Source: Azolla caroliniana
Lineage: Eukaryota; Plantae; Polypodiophyta
NCBI GenBank assembly: GCA_043228905.1
Contig: JBHGNT010000010.1
Span: forward strand, 13,640,001-13,704,000
Direction of reading: 5' to 3'
Length of the DNA stretch: 64,000 bases
Below, in pieces: positions 1 through 10,600 of this stretch. Made by a program: the position numbers and the translations under genes. Every line of letters begins with the position of its first letter. Within the stretch, counting starts at the first letter, position 1. The notes below the pieces were generated by a model. That model did not search any database and was not told where the DNA came from. It was given only the letters and a program-made list of their open reading frames with translations.

Positions 1-1161
1 CCTTACAGAATCTCCGGCAACACGAAGGTCTTCCATCTTCATCTTTTGCTTTTGTGCGGTACTTACAACCTTCTCCCAGAATGATGATCGGGATGGCATG
101 TCATCGAGGCACATTCCTGTCGTTGCCGAATAGTACATTGCGGAAGCCTTCTTTGCTTCAGCTTCTTCAAATTTAACCTTAACACCACCATCACCAAAGT
201 TCTTTGTAAGTGGGCTTCTAGTTTCAGTTAAATAAATGTTACCATTTTTCCAATACACCAAGTCTCGATTTTCCATGTCTTTATATTCCGCACAATCACG
301 TAATCGATGTTCGAGACTATCACACCACATGCATCGAGGTCGAAATGGTTCTCTTGACCTCGAAGTCTGACCATTCTCAAGCTTTGCCACTTTAATTGTT
401 AGATCTTTCATACTTTGAACTAAATTATCAAGTAAAGACTCACTCTTAGTTTCGATCATTTCTCGTGGTTGATGGACCATTTCGTGTGATGGTTCTCGAA
501 CAAGTCTTTGAACTTCGATGTTTTGCTCAAGACGATTTGTGATTCCCACATGTGGTATTTGTAGCATTGCACCATTCCTTTGCATTCTTTTCATAAATTT
601 ATTACAAGCATTTGTTACCTCATTCCAATCTGTAGTTATACCATCCTCAATATTTGGTACTTCAAGCATGAATTCCAATTCTTTTCTATCTCTTGTCAAC
701 TGCCTGCAAAAATAAAGCAACCTTTTGCCAAGACAAAGAATTTCTTTCTTCTGGCTTTAGGTGTCCATACATCCTATCAAACTCTTTTTTTGTGTCAAAC
801 ACAGATAACCCTTTATCTTCTTTTAAGATCCATTCATGAAATGAACGCATAGTAACTCGAGAGAAATCCTCACGAGCATATTAAGACACAAGTGCTTCTT
901 TGAAAGCATTCCAATCCAAACTATGCAATGCTTGTATTTCATGAATTCTATCTCTTAATTCCATGTCCACTAATTTATAAAAGTTTGCTATCATATTGAC
1001 ATCATTTATACCAAACATTTCCATTTCACATACTTCGAAATATTTGTGCCATCAAACATACCAATCTTCTCTTGGACTTCTCGTAAGGCATGAAATAATC
1101 GATCTTGATTCAACTTTTCAATAAACAACATTACCGGATCCATTGTACTCGTACTTGCCAT
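1..1161 (-). pseudogene. gag: Degenerate gag of element A
   Basis: ATG at 1161 (MASTSTMDPVMLF...EKIGMFDGTNISKY) resembles the gag N-termini of elements D and F. A zinc knuckle CMWCDSLEHRLRDC lies near 295-335. Stops and frameshifts are present. Confidence 0.75.
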
Positions 1162-1205
1162 GTTGATGTTGATCTTTACTTTAGATGTCTCTTCTACTTC
1201 CCCGT

Positions 1206-1223
1206 TTCACGTCGGGTTCACCA
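1206..1223 (-). promoter_or_regulatory. Primer-binding site complementary to tRNA-Trp
   Basis: TGGTGAACCCGACGTGAA lies next to the LTR and matches the 3' end of plant cytosolic tRNA-Trp as I recall it. The same 18-mer occurs at 29932-29949. Confidence 0.85.
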
Positions 1224-1912
1224 AATTGTGTCGTGACGTGGCTCACCTAGAAGCGTAGCGTTGTGCACACAAAGGATAACGTGAAAGTGAGGAAGGAATC
1301 ATTGGGATTATGGATGGAAGAGACGAAAGAGTAGAGATGGAGTGAATAGAGATCAATAAGATATGACAAAATAGGATTTTTAAGGAATATAAGATAAGAC
1401 AAGATAAGATATAAAATAATATATGAGAAAGTGTATGAAATTTATAATCATTTTCATGAAAGAGTTACAAAATGATTGTGCACATCGTTGAACCTCCGAA
1501 CTTTGTCTTGCAAGGTAATAACTCTTCTCTTTCTTGATCGTAGACCACTACAATCCTCACTTCAATATTTTGATGAAGATAAGGCTCGAACCGCCTCCCT
1601 CTTGTTGAGAGTTGACCACCACGATCACTAAGGTAGAGCTCCACGTTTATGTTAAACTTCTTCCTTTCTTTCTCTATTTATGGTATCTCTTATGTAATAC
1701 ATAATTGGATTGATATCTCATACCTCCCCCCTTTCATCTTCTCTTTCACCATTTAAATAGGTGCCCCCATGCATATGATGCATTGGAGGAAGTCATGCAT
1801 GTAGTGCATGAAATGCATGTGATGCATGATAGGCATCTCGTTCATTTGATCTTTCATGTATGAAAAAAATAAATGGCATAAGAATAAACATGAAAATATA
1901 GTTTTGAAAACA

Positions 1913-1980
1913 AAGGACCTAGCCTAATGGTAAATGTGTTGACTTTAGTATAGGAGGTTGTGGGTTCGAGTCTCTCAAAC
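1913..1980 (+). promoter_or_regulatory. tRNA-like Pol III module 1 in LTR A
   Basis: A-box TAGCCTAATGG (1920) and B-box GGTTCGAGTCT (1963), 43 bp apart. Confidence 0.65.
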
Positions 1981-2049
1981 ATTATTGAATTTACAACATG
2001 TAACATCGTTTTTATATCATGAAGCAAATCCTTTATTTTATATATATTA

Positions 2050-2116
2050 TTAGTATAGAGTAAATGGTAAGATTTGAAAGTCATAGGGTGGGGTTATAGG
2101 TTCAAGTCCTCTCTTG
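2050..2116 (+). promoter_or_regulatory. tRNA-like Pol III module 2 in LTR A
   Basis: A-box TAGAGTAAATGG (2056) and B-box GGTTCAAGTCC (2099), 43 bp apart. Confidence 0.6.
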
Positions 2117-2299
2117 TTCGTGTAATATAATATATTTATCTATCTATATATATATATAGTATTTTTCTTTACATATATATAATATTATCATATGTGTTGT
2201 TAATATTATCTTTATATATAAAACATTATCAAATGTTATCTTAGTTACGTATTTATCTGATTGTAGACTTTTAATGTGAAGCTTTCGTACTTCACGACA

Positions 2300-3487
2300 C
2301 CGGTTCTATTGCATGCCCAAGCAACGGGCATGCTTCATCATAACCACATATGAAGGGGAGACGATAGATTGGGGGTATCTCACAAGAGAAGCGTTGGAGG
2401 AGTAGTTAGAAGGAGTACAGAGCGGTTAGCCCATAAAGCTGATTTTCGGGCAGTGGCTTGCGGTAGTTTGTCTTACACCAAGTGCTCATGGTCGGACTAA
2501 GACCCCAACAATGGAGAAGGGGCAGCCATCACAGCCACAATCGATGCCAAAGCTAAAGGCTCAGAGAGAGGTGTTGCGTGAGGAGTGGCAAGAGCCGGAG
2601 CCAACATAGGCCAACGCCCAACAATCAGAGCTGCTCTGCAATCTTAAAACTAAACAACAACATGAATTGGAACCGATTTCGACTCTGAACCTACAAACAA
2701 CACCTAAGTGCCGGACTCGACCCGAACTCCGAATCCACAACCTCAACCCGAGCAGGAGAGTCGGTCCCGACCACCAACAATGCAGACAAAGCAAAAGAGT
2801 CGGAGGTATACCCAAACCGAAGAGAAGAGCTAGGCAACAAAAAGACAACAAGTAGACACTCAATAGTCGGCCGAACAACCAGTACGTACAAAACCACAAA
2901 ATGAGGCACACGTCGAAGCAGTCAACACACAACCTATGGAGAAAGGGAAATCATCCTCAATGACCCCGAATGGAGTATTAGGCTTACCTGGAATACCACC
3001 GGACACCCACGAGTTCACGGCCTTACTACAATTCAGTACATCTTACGAACTTGTGGACTGGCTTGCTAAACGGTTGCAACACGTGTCCGAAATACTGGCA
3101 CAGGAGCACAAGGATAGAGAAGTGATTCAAGAGGCCATGCTCAGTGCGATCAAACCGGAGGAAAAACCAGAGCTATAGAGAATTGGCTGACAAAGAGATG
3201 CCAAAGACAAAGTGATTAGGAAACACAGTGAGCTCGAGGCCAAATACGAGCAGAAACTCTTGGCACTACTAGTAGCCGAAGCGAAACTCATATTCGACAA
3301 AGGGTCACTTGAGGCTCGCTTGGTGGAGATGAGGAAGGAGCTCACCACCATACAATACCAGGTAAGTACGGGCGGGGAAAAGGTAAACCAAATCCTGAGG
3401 GCACACAAGCATAGAACGTGGGAATTGGTTGCCAAATCCTTGGACAAAGGATGGCAGACATGGTCGGCACAGGCTGCCGAACTCTAA
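2300..3487 (+). pseudogene. Element C remnant: degenerate 3' extra ORF homologous to that of element B
   Basis: The frame from 2301 reads KQRACFIITTYEGETIDWGYLTREAL...IFGQWLAVV, against KYRATFLIAAYEGLQIDWLHFITEGL...GIAQWLTVL in B. The C-terminal WQTWSAQAAEL matches WSQQAAEL in B. Confidence 0.75.
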
Positions 3488-3842
3488 CTATTACGGGCCA
3501 ACAGGTAAAATTGGAAGAAACAGGGCACAAGTTTCTCTGTGTACGGATCGCTTCTTGTCATCTGTTTATTTCTGTCTAAGCTATATTACATAAGTCACAA
3601 TATCGGTGTCTGTTATCACTGATAAGTTTACAGTTAATTGTATCTATTCGTCTAACAACTTCTTGATAGAACGTTTGAGACGAACATTCGTGTTATACTG
3701 TGTCGGCAAAATAGCAAGTGTCGACCGAACAACAGTCGGTTGGAAATGCCGGTGTGTCCGGATCGATGTGAGGATCCTATAGGAACGCCCTTCTTTCCTT
3801 CTTCTTCTCACCTTGCCGGAAGGTCTGGTTATGGTTTGTGGC

Positions 3843-4231
3843 TGTTGTCTGCCTGGCCAGACTAGCCTCAACACAGGTGTCTATCCGACACTTCTCCAAA
3901 GGGGTGGTAAGGATTGGATGCTAGGTTACACGCGTAAGATGATTACAATTAAGCACAAACGGTAAACAATACGAGATACAGATAAACACGCAATAATTAC
4001 TATTGTATTACTTCTGTCAAACCCTTTACAAATCATCGGATCCTTTTATAGGCATCCGGCAAGGTTACAATCGGTGCGCTTAGGCAACCGACATCCGAAT
4101 CGGTCCGGATCCGGATCGGTACAACTGTACCGGATCCGTCCCTCCGAATAATAATTCTACTATTATTTACTTCCTATTATCTGATCCGACTCCGCCTTCC
4201 CACTTGTCCTTGCTCTTCTGACCGGCCAACA
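3843..4231 (-). repeat. 3' LTR of element B (389 bp)
   Basis: Direct repeat of 13517-13880 with about 7 substitutions and a 25-bp indel. Confidence 0.96.
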
Positions 4232-4410
4232 CATGGCACGCCCGTGGGAAAGTGCCTTGCACTTCGAATCCACTCCCGGCCTCATTCTTCCTCCAAAATA
4301 TCGAGTACACTCTGCTCGATGGTGTCAAGTGGTGCTTCTTCCTCCTGTTCCTGTTCCTTGCCTGCCTGGTCTCCGACCTCCGGTTGGGTGGGCTGTTCCG
4401 TAAAACTTTG

Positions 4411-7388
4411 CTACTCCGGCTCTGCTTGATTCTGTGGTGCCGGTGCTTCCTCACCGCTTCGTCCGGGTTCTTCCTGTCCTCCCTCTGTTCCAGGCTCTGT
4501 TCTGTTACCAGTGTCGCTTTCTCCGGTCTCGACTGGTTGGCTCGGTACGCCTTCTTCCTCTGCTCTGGTGTCTTCCGGTCTCAGCTCTTCTTCTTCTCCA
4601 GCATCGGTCTGCTCCTGCTCTTCTTCTTCTCCTTCGAACGGAAGTTCTTCTTCGGGTATTCCTCGTCGGGGTTGTTCGGTGTCGGTTGGTTCAACTTCAG
4701 CCGGTCGCTCTCCCTCACTTATAGTGATTGGCGTCGTTCTTCCCTTAGCTTCCTGTCGTAACCGGTCCTGCTCGTATCTCTCCAACTCCAACTGAGTTGC
4801 GAGCTGCCCGTCATCCAACCTCTCTACCAACCCTCGGATTTCTTTGAGATGTTCTTCCGCTAAAGTGTAGAAATCTTCCGACAATTCTTCCCGAATGGCG
4901 ACGATACTTTCCTCATCCATCTTGTAGAACTTGTCACTGGTCTTCCTCCGATTCTCGGCATCCGCTCGGAGTGTCTGCAGCTCGGCTGCCTGTTGTGACC
5001 ACTCTCCTTCCATAGCTTTTCCGTACTTTCGTTGATGCTTGCCTGAGCTCGGGTACTCCATCCTGACATGATGAGCTTGATCCGGTCAACCCTTGCCTTA
5101 GCATGCGCATAAGCTTCTTGCTTTTCCTTCCTTGCCCGTTTTATAATGTCGGCCATTATCTGAGCCTGGGCCTCGTAATCCGCTTTCTGCTTTTCATTGG
5201 TACTCTGCAGTTTGCTGATCGTGAAGGTCGATTTTTCCTTTTCTTCATTCCTGATCTTGGTCAGATCCAGCTTTTCCCGCCTTAGCGCCTCTAATTCCTT
5301 CCTTCTCTCCGTCGCTTGGGCTATTTCCGCTGACAATGCTTCCTTGTTGGCACTGACCTCATCTATTGCCTTAGCCAGGTCTAATCGGGTCTCTTTGAGC
5401 TGTTCTTTCAGCTTCTCTATTTGCCGGTCGTAGTCTGCTGCCCATTTCTTGTTGTCCGACTCGGCCTGCTTGTGATCTCGGTAGAGACGGTCGAAGTCCT
5501 CCGTCTTCTGCTTCAGGCGTCGGTTTGCCTGAGCTCTTAACCGATCGTCCCGGTCCTTCTGTTGTCGGAGTTCTTCATGCAGTCGTTCTATCTCCTGCTC
5601 GGCATGTCGACGCAGTCGGTCCTTCTCCTTTTGCAGCTTCTCTTTTTCTTCTTGTAGTCGGTCATTAGTGGCTCGACCTTTCCAGAGGCCTTCTTCCATT
5701 TTTCGTCTGTCGTCCTCCACCGCTTTCCGCTACTCCCTTTCTCTTTCCCTTAACGCCTCCTGAGCTTTTAATTCCTCTCGTAAGGTTTCTATTATTTTTT
5801 CAGTCTCAGGGCCGGTTTGCAAGGCTACCGGTTCCGGTTCCGGTTCTGGTTGCTTCCTTGTTGTCCCGACCGGCTCGGTGACAACTTGTGTTTGTTGAAT
5901 TCCTTCCCTTGCCTGCAACAGCTCCCCTTGCATTTCCTCGATCTGTGTTCGGAGCGCGACCAACTCCTGAGTTGTTGTATGCGTCAGCTGTTGCCTACAC
6001 GTTTCTTCTTTCTCTAACTAGTCCGCTACTCCCGATAACTGCTCCGAAAGCCATCTCAGCCATTGTGGCTTTGTTCTTCCTTTGTCGGGGTGGCCTTGCT
6101 CAGGCTGTTTTTCCGGCCTTTTCTCTGGCTCCGGCGCTTGTTCATTCTTCTTCTCTGGGATGACCGGTTCTCTAAAGTCCGGCGCAACCGGTGTCGGTGC
6201 TGCTTCCCTCGGTACGGGTTCCGGTACTGCTTCCGCCTCGGCTACTGGAGGTGGTCCTTGCGCCCTCTGCTGAGTTTTGTCAACTGGTGGAGCCAGTCCT
6301 TTCGCCCGTCTCTCCCGACCCTGTCTTGCTGGGAGTCTTACCAGTGGTTCGGATGAGTCTTCTGTTTCAGCTTCCTCCTCCGATGCGGCTACCAGGCGGA
6401 CCTTTTGTATAAAGACCTCTGGTTCCGGTTCCGGCCGTCGCAGCGTTATATGGATTGGTTTGCGCGCTACCGGTTCCTCCTCGGCCGATTTCCCTTTGCC
6501 TTTACCTGCCGATTTTGCCTTTGTTGCTGGTTCCTGTTGCTGTCGGGATGGTCCTTCCCCCCGCTGTTCTGCTTCTTGCTGGGTCCATCCGGGGGTGTGT
6601 TTCTCCAAGATCTGTCGGCGCTTTGTGACCTTTTTCGGCGTCGTCTCCTGCCGACCTCTTTTCTTTTGTGTGATGGGGAGCACCGGTGGGACTAACACCG
6701 TTAGCCATTGTGCTATCCCGGCCCATGGCTTTTTTCCTTCCACAAGATTTTTGATGGCCTCCTTCAATCCTTCGGTTATGAAATGGAGCCAGTCTATTTG
6801 TAAGCCTTCGTACGCTGCTATTAAGAACGTTGCCCGGTACTTGGCTATGGCCGGGGGACGGGGATTCACGAATCCGTATTCCATCATGGCGCGGGCCACT
6901 TCTCCGAACAGCAGGTTCTCTCCGCCCTGCGTTCGGTACGCCTTGCTGCTGATAGAGTACTCACCGAAATATTCGAACAGGATTTCACTTGAAGGGTTTT
7001 CAATTGTTTGAAGTCCTCCTGCTTTTATCCCCGTGAGCGCCTGCACCGCTCCTTCCGTGACTTCTGATAAATCGATCGATGCTGCCGCCTGCTCTGGTTC
7101 TGCGTGTGGTGGAGCGTCGGCGATCCGCAGCAATCCTTTTAACCCGTTCTCCCGCATCGATTGGTGTGCCTCTTCCGACAGTACCATTGTTTCGAATTCT
7201 TCTTCTGCTGCCTGTTGTTCGGGATCGGGCTGTGTGTGCTCTGTGCGTCGGATCGCTCTTCTGTGCTTCTGCGCCTGTATGTAGGAAAATTCGTTAAAAG
7301 TGAGTCCTTCGCAGGCCTGTGTCTTATATAGTGGCTTTTGCCTCGAGCCGCCCTTTTTCGTTTCCCGCGCATGTTCCTCTCCCGCCAT
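4411..7388 (-). pseudogene. Sense-strand 3' extra ORF of element B (~1000 aa: N-terminal globular domain, Pro/Glu-rich linker, long coiled coil, acidic tail)
   Basis: ORFs 6018-7451, 5730-5963 and 4860-5720 share one frame and are separated by single TAG codons. A frameshift at GAGAG near 5003 joins them to 4411-5061. Confidence 0.8.
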
Positions 7389-7605
7389 AATTAGTATGTC
7401 CTTTCTTGTTTGCCGCGTGTGAGTGCCCACGTTCCATGCTTTAAATAGCAAGTACGCGCACGTCCTTCTTTAATGCATGGCGCCTCTTCGTTGCATGGTG
7501 GCGCTCCCACCTCTTGTGATCTCCCCATCATTACTATGATTCGCGTCGATTTTGCCCACGTCTTCTTTTTTTTCTTTTTTTTCTTTTTTTTTTGTTTGGA
7601 CCACG

Positions 7606-10600
7606 TCATTTGCTGGTCCCCCCCGATTTGTTCGGGTCGGTTCGTGTGGATACCGTATCCTTCTGTCGATTTTCCGGGATAGTCTTTGTCAGTATCGGTG
7701 TCGGTTCTTCCTCGGTCCGAATATCTTCAGCAGCGTCTGTCGGTGTCGGTTCTTCTTCTTCCTCGGTCCGAATATCTTCAGCAGCGTTTGTCGGTGTCGG
7801 TTCCTCATCTTGCCGGATTTCCGGGTTTTGCTTGAACGGGTTTGCTGGCATATTTCCCTTATACGGCTTTAGCCGAAACCCATTTGCACACTTGCCGATG
7901 ACATCTCCAGACAACGTGCCGAGCTGATACGACCCATTGTACTCCTTGGTGATCCAGAACGGTCCGGTCCACCGAAACCGCAACTTTCCCGGTATGTTCC
8001 CCATCCGTGTCTCGAATAGTAGCACCGGTTTCCCGACTTCGAACTCCTTTTCGTTGCCACGCCGATGTCGGTCCACGAAAGCTTTTCTCCTTCTTTGCTC
8101 CAGTTCGAGTTGTAGTAAGCTGGCTATTCGGTTTTCTTCTAATTCCAACAACGTCGCCAGCCGGATTCGTTCGGACTCGTTCTCACTTAAGTGCTCCTTC
8201 ACCTGAATCCGTAAGCTGGGGATCCGGAACTCTACCGGCATGACCGCTTCTAAACCGAATGCTAGCCGAAACGGGGTTGTCCGGATGTTGGTTTTGTAGG
8301 TTGTTCGGTACGCCCATAGCGCGCTTTGCAATTTCGTATCCCAGTCGGTCCGGTTCTCGTTGACGATTTTTCGTAGGATGTTCTGCAGAGTTTTGTTCGT
8401 TGATTCCGCTAGTCCATTGGCTTGAGGGTAGTAGGGAGTACTCTTTTTATGTACCACCGCGTAAAATGACGTTAGGCTTTCTACTACCTGCCCGAGAAAA
8501 TGTCCTCCTTGGTCAGTTATAAGCTCGATCAGGCATCCATACCGGCACCATATGCACTCGTACAGAAACTTTGCCGTGGACGCGGCCGTGTTGTCCCGTA
8601 AGGCCTTTGCTTCTACCCATTTGGTGCAATAGTCGGTCGCCACTATGACATACCGATTTCCGGTTCGCATTGCCGGTGGTTTGAAGGGACCGACAAAGTC
8701 CAACCCCCACTTTTGAAACGGTTCCAAGGGCAAGACCGGGTGGTGTGGCATCCGGGCCTGCTCTGTGGGTTGGCCCAGTCGTTGACACAAATCGCATTCT
8801 CTGCTATACTTCACGGCATCTTTTAGGGTGGTCGGCCACCACAGTCCGCTCTGCCATATTTTCCGAGCGGTTGCGTAGCCGCCATAATGCCCGCCGGCAA
8901 TTCCACAGTCGGCTTCCCTGAGCATTAGATCCTTCTCATCGCTCCGCACTGCTCGTCTCCAGATGCCATCTGCCCCCTTGTGATAGAGGGTGTCTCCAAC
9001 CAAGCAGAAATGTCCGCTTCTTACAGCTACCCTTTTCCTTTCATCGCGGTCCATGTTCTCCAGGGGAACTCCGGTGCTCAGGAACTGATGCATCTCAGTT
9101 AGCCACGTGTCTTCATCGGCTACCGTTGCATCCGTTGCCGGTTTCGTCGTGATCCGGAACAACTCGGCGTCGGGAAACTCATCCTGGACGCCGTCCCCTG
9201 CTTCTCCGGATTCGATTCTGCTTAGGTAGTCTGCTACCGCATGCTACGCCCCGGGTCGGTGGAAAATGTCGAATTCAAATTCCTGTAACAGCAGTGTCCA
9301 TCGTGCAATTTTTCCCGTAAGGGATGCCTTCGAGACCAGGTAGAGTAGTGCCGAATGGTCGACATGGAAGGAAAACTTCCTTCCGAGCAGATAGTGCCTG
9401 TACTTTGTGACACTATACACCATTCCCAATGCCTCGCGTTCCATCGTAGAGTAATTCCGTTCGGCTTTTGAGAGTTTCCGGCTTGCGTAGTACACCGGTC
9501 GGTACCATTTCGGCTCCGTGAGTTGCATCAGAACGCTGCCGATTGCTACGTCCGACGCGTCGATGAAGACGTGAAAGCTTTTACTCCAATCCGGCGGTTG
9601 CACCACCGGAGCTTGCGACAGCATAACCTTCAACGCTTGGTAGGCTTCCTCTTCCGTCTCCGCCCATAGGAAGGGTACCCTATGTACGGCGGTATGTAAC
9701 GGTGTAGCGAAGTCTGCGAGGTGCCGTATCATCCGGCTATGCCACCTTATTTGGCCCAGGAACCGGCTTAAAGCCTTTGCGTTATTTGGTGCTGGTGCCT
9801 CGAGAATCGCCTTGACTTTATCCGGATCTACCGCGATTCCTTCCTTACTCACCACGTGCCCTAGTAAGTTGCCGCTTGCCACTCCAAAGACGCACTTGGC
9901 CGGGTTCAGGCTCAATCGGTACTCGCGGCACTTCTCCAAGCACAGCCAGAGGTGATCGAGATGCTCTCCGTGCCGGCTGTAGACCGCGAAATCGTCAAGG
10001 AAGACCTGCATAAAACCGGGGATATATTCCCCAAAAATTTCCATTATTATCCTTTGAAAGGTCGCTGGAGCCGTCTTTAGTCCGAACATCATCACGACCG
10101 CCACGAACACTCCCCATTCCGTCATGAACGTTGTCTTCTCTTGGTCGGCCGGGTTCATTCGTATTTGGTTGTAACCGCTAAATTCATCCAGGAAGCTGTA
10201 AACTTCGTGGCCGGCTACCGCATCTAACACCCCGTCCGTAAATGGTAGTGGAAACGCATCGGTCACTGTTGCGGCATTTAGTTTTCGGTAGTCCACGCAT
10301 ACCCTGATTTTGCCGTTCTTTTTCGGGACCACCACTATCGGACTCAGCCAGGTTGCCTGCTTGACCGGTCGGATAAATCCGACCCAGAGGAGCTTATCAA
10401 TTTCCTCCTTCACCTTCGCCGCATAATTCGGATTCATCCGGTACCTGCGTTGAGCGATCGGTTTCGCGTCCGTACTTAGGTGAATTTGGTGCTGATAGAG
10501 CTGGGGGTCCAGCCCTCGCATGTCTTCGTACAACCACGCGAACACATCCTTGAAGTCTGTTAATAATGCTACCATTGCCTTCTTTTCTTCCTTCGGCAAC

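Larger units (their letters stand above)
1..2299 (-). mobile_element. Element A: 5' part of a Ty3/gypsy LTR retrotransposon (Trp-primed clade), continues off the left edge
   Basis: LTR 1229-2299 has TGTCGTGA...TCACGACA termini, followed on the minus strand by a PBS and a degenerate gag. Confidence 0.9.
1229..2299 (-). repeat. 5' LTR of element A
   Basis: 8-bp inverted termini and an adjacent PBS. Contains a CATGCA cluster and two tRNA-like modules. Confidence 0.9.

Noticed and set aside
1913-1985. Functional tRNA genes in the LTRs
   Set aside because: A and B boxes are present, but the acceptor and anticodon stems do not pair properly. Reported as tRNA-like modules only.
3763-3767. TCGAT as the left TSD of element D
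   Set aside because: It lies inside an internal repeat motif of D and no LTR follows it.
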